64,000 nt of DNA from Thraustochytrium aureum (Eukaryota), in contig BLSG01000014.1 in NCBI GenBank assembly GCA_012862495.1, positions 1-64,000 on the forward strand, written 5' to 3'. The first letter of the stretch is position 1. Each line of letters begins with the position of its first letter. Both the position numbers and the translations under genes were made by a program. Shown piece by piece: positions 35,899 through 48,662 of this stretch. The notes beneath the pieces were generated by a model. The model ran no database searches. It was given only the letters and a program-made list of their open reading frames with translations, and was not told the DNA's origin.

Positions 35899-36529
35899 GC
35901 GGGTCGTCGCCTTGGGGTGCGCCTCTGGCACGTGCCATGAGCGCCTGCGGGTGAGAACGCGACAGAGCTCCCACACATTTTCGCCAGCTCGGCGTGTTTC
36001 GTTTTGCTTGGCAGTAAGGCAGGGCGGGAGCTGCCGGACGTCACTGAAAAGGGCTGCGGCGCGCGGCATGTGCGCTTGCCGCCGCCCCGCCGGGGTCGAC
36101 GGGCATTCCATAGCATAGTTGATCCTTCAGTTTTCAGACGGATTTCTTGCACGAAAGTGGTTATTGTAGGATTTGTTCGAGTTGCTTTATTTATTGTGAA
36201 TGAACAGCGCCGGCAACAGGCTCGCCGGCCGATCGAGCATCGCGATTTGCAGGCCTCAGTAGAGATGAGCGCAGAGAAACAAGGGCTTGTCGGAGCCGAG
36301 GACGAACGCTTGCACCGTGCTTTGCTTGTTTGCTGCTGGGCGTTCGTACCTGCGCGGAGTCCGCAGCGACCTTCCGTACCGAAACGTGGATTTTTGAGTA
36401 AGCGCACCGTGCTACGCCTTTCGTCAGAGTCAACGCCGCCAACGCCTGGAGAAACCGCTCTCAAACGACGCCGAGCTCGTTCGAAACACCACAAGCGACG
36501 CCGAGCTCGCGCACGGCTGCGCGCAATCA

Positions 36530-39500
36530 CTACACAAAGAGCTCCAAGTACGTGCGGCGGTACGAATTGCGCACCCGGCGCTCTCCCGGGGCCTTGGACA
36601 GCACCTCGATGGTGGCGCGCTTGTGCGCGCCCAGCTCGAGCGGACCGTCGTCGAGACCAAGCTCGTAGTCGTCCGCAAGACGCGGGAACGCCGGGACGAT
36701 CGCATGGGCGCTGTACACGTACAAGTTGTTGAACAGCTTCCAATAAACCTCTCGCACGCTGCGCGAAGGGTGAAAGAGGCCCTGCAAGATGTACTGGAAA
36801 ATGCGCTGCGGGCCGAGCGAGACGCGCAGGCCCTCGATCGCGTCAAATACCGCCTTGTTCACGTGCGGGTTGGTCTCGAAAATGTTGGGCCACACAAAGT
36901 TGAGCAGGTGCAACAGGGCATCCTCGCACCCCAGCCCATGCACCCCAAGCGCCACGTGCTGCACAACAGTACAGGCCGTCTGCCGGTGCACCGCATCCTT
37001 GTCGGTGAGCGCATCCTCCAGCAATGTCAGGATCGCGTACACGTAGTCCTTGCCAATCGCGCCAATGTACTCGAACACGAACGACAAACACTTGAGCACG
37101 CCGTTCTGCACGTTGATGTCCGTCACGCGGTACTCGTTCAGGAGCGCCGGCAGCACTGCGAAGGGGCCGCAGCTCTCGGCCACGACCGCGATCGCCACCG
37201 TCGTGCAGACCCGCATTGTGCGGTCCTGGACACGAAGGTTGTTGAGTAAAGTGTGCAACACGTCCTGCGGCCCGATCGCCTTGGCAATAAACCCAAACGT
37301 GCTCACGCTCGCACGCCGGATGCTCTTGCGCTTTGCGCGCAAGAGCTCGATCAGGTCAAAGCAGATTCGCATCCACTCTCGCGCCGCGACGAACTCGGCG
37401 CCGCGGTCCGCGACACGGCCGATGAGGTCGATGCAGGCCTCTTGCACGCGCTCGTTCTGGTTTTTAAGAATCGGAGTCAGCCGAGGCACAAGGTCCTTTA
37501 TTGGCGGCTGCATCTTGCGCATCCCGATCACGCTCACAATGCCGCGCAGGCCGACAAGTATGGCGGCAAGCGCGTCGGGAAACTCCTCGCCGAGGCTCTC
37601 AAACAGCACTACGCCGAGGTGGCCCATGAGCTGGTCCTCCTTGCAAACCGCCATGACGTTGGCGATCCGAGCCACCAGCGCCGCAGCCTGCCCGCGCACC
37701 AGGGCGTCTTTGTTGTTGAGCCGGAACTTTATCGTGCCCGCGATCTGGGGCAAGTAGGGCTTGGCGCGCACGCCCAGCGCGTTTACGATCACGCCAAACC
37801 CGTCCAGCATAACTGAGCTCTCGCGGTCCCCGATCGCGGGCCGCTCCCCCGCCCCCGGCCCGCTCGCTGCGCCGGCCGGCGCAGACGCCGACACGGCCGC
37901 TGCTGCGATCATGGAGGCGGCCTGCTCCTGGAAGGCAAACAGCGCGCCGTCCACGAGCCGCTGCTCGAGCTCCTGGCTAACGTCGGCGGCGCCTAGGTTT
38001 TCAAGGATTTGCATTATCCCTTCGACGGTCATGCGGCGAAGCGGCTCGCTATCGTCCTTGAGGTCGTTCACAATCAGTTCAACAACCTGAGCCCCGCCAA
38101 CCTTGGTGGCGATCTCGACAGCGGTCTCCACCAGCGGCCTCGCGATGCGCCGGTCCAGCGCGCTGCGCCGCACCCAGAAGGCCGTCAGAAACTCGGCCAG
38201 CACCTCCTTGCGTACATAGTCGGCGGCCACGCCCTCCGTGCTCACGCACTGGCGCACGACCTTGAGCACGATGCGCCGCATCTCCTCGTCTGGGCTGCGA
38301 AACTCGCGCACCAGGATCTTCATCACCTGACCGGTAAAGTAGCTCGCGTACTCGTCGTCGTCCATCAAGGGGATCACGTTGCCCGTCGCCTTCAAAAACG
38401 CGGCCAGCGTCTTGCCGTTGTGCTGCCGCACGCCGCGCCACAGCGGCTCCAGCACGGTGTCGAAACTCTCAATGCCGTAAGGGTGCGCGCTCTCCGCCAA
38501 CGAAGCGAGCGCCAGCGCTGTCATACGTCGCACCTTGGGCTCCACGTCCGTCAAACCGGCGCCAACAATCTGCACGAGCTGCGACAGAAAAGGCAGGATC
38601 GCGCACCCAAGCAGAATGGCAATCTGCTGCACCGTCTTTGCCCCTGTGTGCCGCGCCTCCCAGCTCTTGCGCGACTGGCACACCGCCTGGAGGAAGGGAA
38701 GCATGGCCGGCACGCCGAGGGCGGAGGCGACCACCGCGAGAGCGCGGCTCGTCGCATTTCTCACAAACGCGTCAGGGTTGTCAATGTCCGGCCTAATCGT
38801 TGTCAGCATCGTGGGCAGGCCGGCGGCTTTGCTCAGGTTGGCAATAATTTCGCGCGCCTCCACCTGGGCATAGTAGTCGTTGTCGATCAGCATGGGCTCG
38901 ATCACCACAAGAATCTTGTGAGTGAAGGGCCGCACCAGCTCGTCCAGTCGGAACAGGACGCGGTCGACCACTTTTACGAGAAGGTGGCGCTCCTGGTCCT
39001 CCAGCGAGGGCGACATCAGCAGCGGCAGCAATTGGTTGAAGAGCGCGGCGGCGCCAAACTCGCGCGCGCGAACTGCTATCGTGCGCAGCGCGCCCTTTCG
39101 TTGCGCCGGTGTGCCGTTCTTGATGCGAAGCAGCAGGCGCATGATTCGCCGCTCCTTGACCGCCTCGGGGTCTAGCTTCGACTCCTCCACCGGCTCGGTC
39201 AGCGTGCCAAAGAATGCCATATCCTCGCGCCCGATCGCAGGGAGAGTCGCCCCATCGGACCCGGCTGCAAGCAGAACCGCCTCGCCTGCGCCGCCTGCCT
39301 CGCTCGCTGCGCCACCTTCAGACGCGGCCGCGATCGAGTACTGGCCGCCGTGCTGTGGCGTTGGAGCAGCAAGTAGGCGCCGGGCTGGCGTGCGGATAGG
39401 GTTGTACCCGGGCGGCTCACCCACTACTTCGTACCCTTCTGCGGGCAGCAGGGCGTCCAGCTGCTCGTCCGACAGCTCGCCGCCTAACAACACTGCGTCG

Positions 39501-40374
39501 ACGCCCGCGACGCTTGCAGGCGTCGCGGCCGCCCCGGCCGGCGTCGCGCCGTTGGCGCCAGGCGTAGCCCCCCAAGNNNNNNNNNNNNNNNNNNNNNNNN
39601 NNNNNNNNNNNNNNNNNNNNNNNNNNNNNNNNNNNNNNNNNNNNNNNNNNNNNNNNNNNNNNNNNNNNNNNNNNNNNNNNNNNNNNNNNNNNNNNNNNNN
39701 NNNNGTGCCTTTCGCGTTGGGGCGGCGTCAGTGTCGCTGCTCACGTCCGCCTCGGTGGCGCTCAACCCGCTATCTGCCGGCGTGTCCCAGCGCCGTCGCC
39801 GCTTGGCGCGGGGCGCTTGCGACGGGGGCGTGGAAGCCGGGTCCGTGGCTGGGAGTCCAAGGCGCGGTGCAGTTGCATTTGGCGCCTCAGTCACAGCTTT
39901 GCCGAGCGCCCCAAGTCGGTCTCCAATCGAATCGCTCGATTCGCTCTCTAGCGCGGCCTGGCCGCGCGCCGCAAAGATGCGCCGCTTGGCATCCGGCTCA
40001 CGGTCGGCGACACGAGTGTTTACGATGCCAGACCCGCGCGTTGCCCGAAGCCGCTCCACGAGCTCTCGGTCGTCGGCATCGCCATTCGCTTCGCTAGAGC
40101 CTTGGGTGCGGGTCTCGGCGCCAGCTGCCCTCGATGCTGGATGCGAGGCGCCTTTGACTGCGGCCAAGTCCAGCACCTCGTCCTCGTCTTCCCCTTCATC
40201 CTCCGACCCTGACGTCTGCACCTCCGCCGCAAATCCCTCAAACCGGCTGCCCTCCGGCGTATACAGGTGCGAATCAAACGTGCCGACCTTCCCAAACCCT
40301 ATGCCCTTCGCTTCGCCGCGGTCCCGCGGGTCTGGCGCGGCCTGCGCCCCGTTCAACGTGTTGTCGTCCTCCAT
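36530..40374 (-). CDS. SF3B1: Splicing factor 3B subunit 1 (gap 39577-39703)
   Basis: [65 protein letters not shown]. Confidence 0.97.
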
Positions 40375-40972
40375 GCCGCCGTCAGAACCGCCCCAAAAAC
40401 CAGGCGCGCGGAGGCGACACGAAGAGGCACTCGAGTGCACTGCCGCGCGACCTACTTGTACTCTTCGACCTCCGCCACGGCCGACCTCTCTGCGTGCCGA
40501 GACTCGCTCGGTTCGGGCTCTGCTGCGCCGCTGGTGCCACTCCTGCTGTGTTTCTCCGCCGGCAGGAGGAAACATCGAGGTAAGAGGAGCGCGGGCGTCC
40601 AAGCGAAGTGGCAGACCTCCAGAATCGGCGCTTGCACCCTCGGGCACGTAGAGTACTCCTGGGCTCTCCAGGCTCACCAGCACTTGACCTGGTAAGTAGT
40701 ACGAGAACCGGCGCCGGGTGCCGGCACCACGGCGTCGATTTTGCTGGCATGAGCCTGGTGAGCCCGTCCAGCGCTGCTAGTGCCGAGCGAGCGAACACAT
40801 GTGAACAGAGGTGTCATGATCTTTGTGATGCGATCACCGACACAAAATAGGCCAACATGCCATCGGTCGGCAGAAGCAGAAGCGCATCGCATCAGGCGCC
40901 TGGACACATCTGTCGGAGCTCGTGGAGAAAGCCATCCGTGCTGCTGCGCACGATTGGGTGCCTTGGAGGGCG

Positions 40973-42068
40973 ATGGAAGGCCATGCCGGCTCGGGAGGCG
41001 TGAGCGACGAAAGGGCTGTGGAGCTCTTCAAAGAGCTCCTGCGATTTCGCACAGTGAGCGCGGAAGGTCCGCGCACAGGCGCGTACAAGGCGTGCTGCGA
41101 GTGGATTGCGAAAACGTGCTCCGAGCTGGTCCCCGGGGTGCAGGTGACGACCGTGTCGCCCGTCGAGAACAAGCCGATTGTGGTGGCCAAACTGCCTGGC
41201 CGCGACCCGAACCTCGAGGCAGTTGTGCTCAACTCTCACTATGACGTCGTGCCAGCCATGCAAGATTTCTGGGACGTCGATCCGTGGGACGCCGTGGAGA
41301 AGGACGGCAAAATCTTTGGCCGCGGCACGCAGGATATGAAGTGCGTGGTGATTCAGTACGTGCTGGCACTGTCGCGCCTTTCCACTGCGGCTGGCGCTGG
41401 CCCTGGCAAGCCTCTCTTCGCCCGCGATGTTGTGCTCACGTTTGTACCGGACGAGGAAATCGGAGGCAGGGACGGCATGGGGGCCCTGCTCGCCAGCGGC
41501 GAGTTTGACCGGCTTATTCCCAAGGTCGGGGTCGCCTGGACGAGGGCCTGGCAACGCCAGAGGCGGCACCAACACCGTTTTCTTCGGAGAGCGGGTCCCC
41601 ATGTGGATCTTGGTCACCGCCAGGGGCCCAACAGGGCATGGCAGCCGGTTCATTCCCAACACGGCCACTGAAAAGCTCATCAGAGTCGCGAACAAGGCCC
41701 TTGCAAAGCGCCGCGAGCAGGAGATGATCCTCGGGATTGGGTCCGCGGTCGGCGGCAGCGCAGGCGAAGCCGGCGAGGAAGCCTCCGGGTCGGGCTGCAA
41801 GCACTGCGAAGCGAAAAAGCTCGGAGATGTACTCACGATAAACTTGACCGTGCTCCAAGCCGGGGTTTCCTCGGACGGTGGCGAGTCGTTCTCGATCAAC
41901 GTCATTCCCAACATGGCTGTAGCCGGCTTTGACATCCGCGTCCCGGTGACGATGCCGATCAAGGACATCGTCGCCATGCTCGACGAGTGGACTGCCGAGG
42001 AGGGTCTCTCGTGGCAGATCGACCCAAAGACGGGCAGGCTCGAAGACTTCAAGCATGCAGTGTCCTCC
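40973..42068 (+). CDS. ACY1: Aminoacylase-1 (peptidase M20), 3' end in gap; frameshifts near 41535-41560
   Basis: LNSHYDVVP, GRGTQDMK, VPDEEIGG, corrected LDEGLA, GHGSRF, INVIP, FDIRVP. Confidence 0.9.
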
Positions 42069-42881
42069 NNNNNNNNNNNNNNNNNNNNNNNNNNNNNNNN
42101 NNNNNNNNNNNNNNNNNNNNNNNNNNNNNNNNNNNNNNNNNNNNNNNNNNNNNNNNNNNNNNNNNNNNNNNNNNNNNNNNNNNNNNNNNNNNNNNNNNNN
42201 NNNNNNNNNNNNNNNNNNNNNNNNNNNNNNNNNNNNNNNNNNNNNNNNNNNNNNNNNNNNNNNNNNNNNNNNNNNNNNNNNNNNNNNNNNNNNNNNNNNN
42301 NNNNNNNNNNNNNNNNNNNNNNNNNNNNNNNNNNNNNNNNNNNNNNNNNNNNNNNNNNNNNNNNNNNNNNNNNNNNNNNNNNNNNNNNNNNNNNNNNNNN
42401 NNNNNNNNNNNNNNNNNNNNNNNNNNNNNNNNNNNNNNNNNNNNNNNNNNNNNNNNNNNNNNNNNNNNNNNNNNNNNNNNNNNNNNNNNNNNNNNNNNNN
42501 NNNNNNNNNNNNNNNNNNNNNNNNNNNNNNNNNNNNNNNNNNNNNNNNNNNNNNNNNNNNNNNNNNNNNNNNNNNNNNNNNNNNNNNNNNNNNNNNNNNN
42601 NNNNNNNNNNNNNNNNNNNNNNNNNNNNNNNNNNNNNNNNNNNNNNNNNNNNNNNNNNNNNNNNNNNNNNNNNNNNNNNNNNNNNNNNNNNNNNNNNNNN
42701 NNNNNNNNNNNNNNNNNNNNNNNNNNNNNNNNNNNNNNNNNNNNNNNNNNNNNNNNNNNNNNNNNNNNNNNNNNNNNNNNNNNNNNNNNNNNNNNNNNNN
42801 NNNNNNNNNNNNNNNNNNNNNNNNNNNNNNNNNNNNNNNNNNNNNNNNNNNNNNNNNNNNNNNNNNNNNNNNNNNNNNNNN

Positions 42882-45800
42882 NTGCGCGAAAGGAATCTGT
42901 ACCACCTCCCAAACCCGAAAGCGACCAGGAGGAGGCGGTCGCAAACCCCGTCGCAAATGACAAGCGAGTTGATGCGCTGGTGCGGCGGCTGCTTGCCGAA
43001 CATGTAGATCCGCGACTTGGGCACGTAGATGCTCTGCATCCACGAGTCCACCTTGGCCACTTCGAACGCCTGCACCTTGGGGTTGTCGCGAAAGTAGTCG
43101 GGCAGGTTTACAAACTCGCTGCTGCGTTGCCCGCTGCGCCGCCTCATCGCCGCCCTGCCCCACCCAGCAATGTCCTCGCTCGCATCTAGCTCGGCGTCTG
43201 TGGTCGACCCCGAGCTCTCCTCGCCCGAGCTTGTGCCTCCGCCGTCGTCCGCACTCGACCCCTCGGCCGTATCCGGGCCCCGGGTCCGGCGGGCGCGCGC
43301 CTGCCTGCACTCGGCCTCGATGCGCTCAGCGATCGCTCGAGCACGCCGCGCCTCGAACTTGAGCTTGATGACTGCGCTCTTGTCGTGCGCGAGATGCACT
43401 TCGACGGAACGCTTCTCGGCGAGCTTGGCCTCGAGCTTGTGTATCTCGGCGACGTCGCCGGCTATGGCCTCCTCGAGCATGGCCTCCAGCTCGGCGCGCT
43501 CTCGCGAGGCCATTCGGCAAACAAGGAAGAGCCGGTTCTTCGCGCTCAGGCGTTCGGGCTCGCTCAGGCTGCGGTCTAGGTAGGCGACAAGCAGGTCGCG
43601 CACGGTTGGCTCGAGCAAACCTCGCTTGCGCAGGTCCGCCTCGATCCACTCTGTGGGATACTCTACCACGCGCGAGGCCTGCTCGCAAACTCCGCGCGGG
43701 CGCGGCAGTGCTATTTCCCACGCCGCTGGGAAATAGCCGTGCAGGCGCTTGAGCTGGTAGTCCTTGAACAGGGCAACGGCGTGGATGAGCATCAGAACAA
43801 AGCACAGAGCCAACGCGGCTGTGGTGAAAATACGCAGCGAGACCCTCTGCGTCGCGAGAGTAGATATTCCCGCCGCAGGCGTGTCCGCGTTCCCGTACAG
43901 CTCTATCCAGCTCGACACGAACACGAACCAACGCAGCAAGATGGTCAAAAACGGAATCACGCGCGCAATGCCACCGTCGTTTCGCGCCACGCCAGCGGTG
44001 ATTGAACTGAGCAAAAACGCAAACACAAACAGGTTGGAGCACAAGGAGAGCATGGAAACGACGCCGCCCAAGCCGGCAATGTCGTCATACGTGGACAAAA
44101 CGGCGAGGACAACCAGTGTAAAGTCCATCAACAACGAACCGACAAAGCCGATTCGCCAAAAGGCTCTCGAGACCTCAACGACCCAGGAAAGTTGCGTCGT
44201 GAGGCGCGACGTCCACTCGCGCAGCGCCTTCCACTCAGCGCGCACCCAGAGACCGCTCACAACGACGAAGAAGACGACTGGGAGCGCAAGGTAGACGTAC
44301 CCGAGGTATTCGAGAGACGTGAGCCTGGTGGTCATGAGTCCTCCCGCAATCATGGGCGCGGCTAGGCAGAACAGCACCCAGAGCGCGACCCACGGGGCTC
44401 CATGGACGCGGCGCTGCGGTGTGACACCGAGAAAGATCTTTCCCCCGTAGAACAAAACCGACAGGATTGGGCCTATCACGAGCGCGGCGACGAGAAGCAC
44501 GACGCCATCAGAGTCTAGTGTGTTGATAAGAATGACCATAAGGACGAGCGGCACGGCTACGATGAGAACCAGGTTGATGTATAGCCTGCGCACTAGGATC
44601 GTTACAGGCTGGTTGGCGTGGTAGTGGAGCCCCTTGGTTGTGACCCCCTCGCCGATGGAAAAGTGGGGATAGTCGCCCAGCGAGGCGAGACCCCAGTTGT
44701 TCTCCACGGTCAGCATCATGTACTCGAGTTCTTGGCTAACATACGCGTCCAGGTGCGCCGCGGAGAGCTGCAGCACGGTGCGTCGCGAGAGCGAGTAGGC
44801 CAGCAGGCTGAGCACCAAAAAGCACGTAAGTGTGACAAAGCCCCAAGTCTGGATCGTCTTCCGGACGGAGCCGTCCGGGACGTCGCCCGCAGGGAACCCA
44901 ACGAGCTCGTAGTAGCGCAAGAAGGACAGGAAGAAAAGCGGAGGCGCGACGACCAACGCCCAAGCGACGACCACCTCGCGGTGCACCCAGCCAGGCACTA
45001 GCTTGACCACACGCTCAACGAGCGCACCGAGGGTCGGACGCTTGCGCCCTTGCCTTTTGCCGGGCAGCTGCTGCAGATCGTCGGCCTCGCCGTTTACGTC
45101 GAACTGCGGGTCCTGGTACGAGGCGACATCGCGCGGCGCGGCGTGCAGCATTCGGGCCGCGCGGACGCTCGAGAGGACGGTTTTCGTGGAAGGCAGCGCA
45201 GATCGGATCGAGAGCCCCCGAGCCAGTCGAGCTACCGCTCTTCCGCCATACCAGAGCGCGCGAATGCAGTACAGCGCAACTGGAATCCACGCTAGCGCAG
45301 TGTAGAGCGCCCGCACCTGGCTCTCGCCCCAGCGGTATCCCAGCGGTAGGTCAACGTATGACAATGGGATAAGGACGCACAGCGGCACCAGCAGGCAGAG
45401 CACAATGAGAGCGCCCATCGCCATCTCGCCGCGCCAGCACAGGAATCGACCTCGCTCGCTGCGCCCGCAGCAAGCGACGACAACGATGTTGTTGAGCACG
45501 GCATCCTTGACAGCGGTGACGTGCTCGCACAAGATCCGCTTGATGACGGCTTCCAGGCGCGCGACCTCGTTCGGGCTCGTCGAGACCAGCAGGCCGCGAA
45601 CGAGCGCCTCGACCTGGCCGTTCCGCTCGCGCTCTGAGTCATCGTACCGTTGCGCGGCAAACACGGCCTGCGTGACGAGGAAAGTGCTGAAAGCCGGAAT
45701 GCCAACCACAACGAGTACAACGGCGCCGGCGCCTATCAAGGACAAGTTGCCACTGCGAAGTCCCACCGGGATCAGCACGCTCAGTGGGACCACGGCACCG

Positions 45801-46018
45801 GCGGCCCAGCCCAACCACAGCGCGAGGCTCCAGCCAGGCGAGTACAGCCACAGAGTCGTCAGGCCAACACCGAGCCGAAACCCAAGTTTGACCTTGCCAG
45901 CCTCTGCTCGCTCGAGAACTTGCGCGCGCCGGATCTCCTCACTGGTTGCCTCCACGCGTTTGCGTCTCGTCCGTCGCCTCCGCGGCGGCGCACCGAGCCG
46001 TGTCTCGGCGTCGTCCAT
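42882..46018 (-). CDS. Large polytopic membrane protein of unknown function, 3' end in gap
   Basis: More than 1000-aa open frame with many paired hydrophobic helices and a C-terminal coiled coil. Confidence 0.75.
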
Positions 46019-46405
46019 CTCGACCGCGGGGGGTGCTTGTCGATCTCGTCCCAAAAACGAACAACCGCCGTGTCAACCTGCTCGCGCCGCGCCTCGCCGG
46101 CCTCGCCTCGCCCTCGCCCTCGCCTGCCTGCCCCGCCCCGGCTGCCTCCCTCGCGGCCCCGAGCCGAGCCGCCTGGAGCGCGAGTGAGTTGGGGACCTGC
46201 TCCTGGCGCGCGAGGGTCTCGCGCAAGGCGTGCAAGTGCTGCGGCGACTGCAGAGACAGCAACCAGTTCAGACCCCCAACGAGGACTTGCTCCTGGGACG
46301 CGGCGCGCGCCGGGCCGGCTTGGTGAGGGGAGGGCCGCCACTCCTGGCGCGCGTGTGCCGAGTGTGGGCCGAGCTGGGGCGGCTTGCGCACGCAGCGGTG
46401 GCGAG

Positions 46406-48229
46406 ATGGCGCCCGAGGCGGCGCGCAACAAGGGCAACTCCAAGTTCAGCTCGGCGTATGGCGGGAGCAAGGTGAACAAGGAGGTGGCGGTGTCGTTTCA
46501 TCGGCTGGCGCAAGATCTGCGGGAGAGGATCTATGCAAAGTACCAGGTCAGGGAGCTCGTTGTCCACGTGCTGATGTTGCTTTGCTTTGTGGCGTTTGTC
46601 TCGCAGCAGCTCGCGTTGAGCAGGGTGACAGATATGCAGCGCGCGGTGGAACAGATTTTTGTGAGCCGACCGTTCCCTTCGTCCACGGTAGACCGATTTT
46701 TTACATTTCACCAGGTTAGCTCTGACACCGATGTGGCCCAGTACGTTGTCAACGTGCTCCACAGCAACCTCCTGAGCCCGGCGAATTTTGCCGGTTCAAA
46801 CTACACGACCATCGCGTCGAGCAACACGCTGCTGTGGGGCGTACGCTTTCGAGCAATTGCTGTTCAGCCCGGAAAAGACTGCTTGTGGCGCGGCCCAGAG
46901 ACCTCGGTTCACGACAGTAGCGCCACGCTTGAGCCGCCGAGTTGCATCCCCGCCTTTAGCGATCGCACGGAGCTCACGGAAGGGGGCTCGTACAGCTGCT
47001 TTTCGTACGTGCGGAAGACGGGCGAGCACGCGTTCCGGTCCAGATTCAACACGTACCCTGGCAGCGGGTTTGTGGAGGATGTGTACATCTCGGAAACGGC
47101 TGCAGAGGACGTCATCACCGCCGAACGCNNNNNNNNNNNNNNNNNNNNNNNNNNNNNNNNNNNNNNNNNNNNNNNNNNNNNNNNNNNNNNNNNNNNNNNN
47201 NNNNNNNNNNNNNNNNNNNNNNNNNNNNNNNNNNNNNNNNNNNNNNNNNNNNNNNNNNNNNNNNNNNNNNNNNNNNNNNNNNNNNNNNNNNNNNNNNNNN
47301 NNNNNNNNNNNNNNNNNNNNNNNNNNNNNNNNNNNNNNNNNNNNNNNNNNNNNNNNNNNNNNNNNNNNNNNNNNNNNNNNNNNNNNNNNNNNNNNNNNNN
47401 NNNNNNNNNNNNNNNNNNNNNNNNNNNNNNNNNNNNNNNNNNNNNNNNNNNNNNNNNNNNNNNNNNNNNNNNNNNNNNNNNNNNNNNNNNNNNNNNNNNN
47501 NNNNNNNNNNNNNNNNNNNNNNNNNNNNNNNNNNNNNNNNNNNNNNNNNNNNNNNNNNNNNNNNNNNNNNNNNNNNNNNNNNNNNNNNNNNNNNNNNNNN
47601 NNNNNNNNNNNNNNNNNNNNNNNNNNNNNNNNNNNNNNNNNNNNNNNNNNNNNNNNNNNNNNNNNNNNNNNNNNNNNNNNNNNNNNNNNNNNNNNNNNNN
47701 NNNNNNNNNNNNNNNNNNNNNNNNNNNNNNNNNNNNNNNNNNNNNNNNNNNNNNNNNNNNNNNNNNNNNNNNNNNNNNNNNNNNNNNNNNNNNNNNNNNN
47801 NNNNNNNNNNNNNNNNNNNNNNNNNNNNNNNNNNNNNNNNNNNNNNNNNNNNNNNNNNNNNNNNNNNNNNNNNNNNNNNNNNNNNNNNNNNNNNNNNNNN
47901 NNNNNNNNNNNNNNNNCAACGAGGTTATGACGGGTGTGATCAGCACGGCAGAGTTTCAGGCACGTGTGCTCCAGTACGCGAAACAGCAGGGCTGGGTCGA
48001 CGAAGACGAAGGCGACGCTGCGCGGCCCGCGAAAAGTGAGGCGGTGTTGGACGACTTTCAGGGGACTCTGGACGCTTTTCTGGACCTCAAGCGCAAGCAA
48101 ACCTCTGCGGAGCTGCAGCTCGCGCAACAGTTTGACAAGGTCTCGAATCGCCAGACGGCCATCCTTTCGTTGCTCGGCAAGATCAACGAGGCCACAACAG
48201 ACCTAAACGCGATCCCGGGGCGCAAGTGA
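46406..48229 (+). CDS. Polycystin-2-like (TRPP/PKD2) channel; pore region hidden in gap 47129-47916
   Basis: S1 ELVVHVLMLLCFVAFV, TOP-domain motifs LLWGVRFRAIAVQPGKDC and YPGSGFVEDV, C-terminal coiled coil. Confidence 0.75.
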   Translation: MAPEAARNKGNSKFSSAYGGSKVNKEVAVSFHRLAQDLRERIYAKYQVRELVVHVLMLLCFVAFVSQQLALSRVTDMQRAVEQIFVSRPFPSSTVDRFFTFHQVSSDTDVAQYVVNVLHSNLLSPANFAGSNYTTIASSNTLLWGVRFRAIAVQPGKDCLWRGPETSVHDSSATLEPPSCIPAFSDRTELTEGGSYSCFSYVRKTGEHAFRSRFNTYPGSGFVEDVYISETAAEDVITAERXXXXXXXXXXXXXXXXXXXXXXXXXXXXXXXXXXXXXXXXXXXXXXXXXXXXXXXXXXXXXXXXXXXXXXXXXXXXXXXXXXXXXXXXXXXXXXXXXXXXXXXXXXXXXXXXXXXXXXXXXXXXXXXXXXXXXXXXXXXXXXXXXXXXXXXXXXXXXXXXXXXXXXXXXXXXXXXXXXXXXXXXXXXXXXXXXXXXXXXXXXXXXXXXXXXXXXXXXXXXXXXXXXXXXXXXXXXXXXXXXXXXXXXXXXXXXXXXXXXXXXXNEVMTGVISTAEFQARVLQYAKQQGWVDEDEGDAARPAKSEAVLDDFQGTLDAFLDLKRKQTSAELQLAQQFDKVSNRQTAILSLLGKINEATTDLNAIPGRK

Positions 48230-48316
48230 CTGCCCGCGCAATCGACGCCGTCCTTGCAGGTCCTGGCAGGCGTGACGTCAGGCAAGGGACAGACGACTGC
48301 CATTGTTCTTGATGTT

Positions 48317-48390
48317 CTCCATGGTTGGGTGTTGCTACGCTACTGTAAAAGACGGGAGGCGCGACCGCAAAACGGCGCTGCCGAACCTTC
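48317..48390 (+). mobile_element. Copy of dispersed MITE-like repeat
   Basis: CTCCATGGTTGGGTGTTGCTACGCTACTGTAAAAGACGGGAGGCGCGACC..CGCTGCC. Confidence 0.65.
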
Positions 48391-48662
48391 TTTACGCAGC
48401 ACGGACTTTGCAAGTTGCGATGCGCGACGGGCGGCACGCTGGGGAGAACTTCCAGGCCAGCCCACAGTGGGTTGAAGCGTGTGGCGAATCAAAGGTAGGG
48501 TACCCTAGACGACGCAAAAACGATAAGAAAGGCGCATGCAGGTAGTTCCGTCGAGCGGGCGGGCATGCAATCAGAAAGAGATTCACCAAACCAAACCAAA
48601 AGAAAAAAGAAAGGCGAAGACAAAAGTGGAGCAGGTAGGTACTATACACAGCGACAAAGCGA

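Noticed and set aside
40892..46054. 1720-aa ORF and other long X-containing ORFs
   Set aside because: Artefacts of reading through N-gaps; this one fuses the membrane protein to the antisense of aminoacylase
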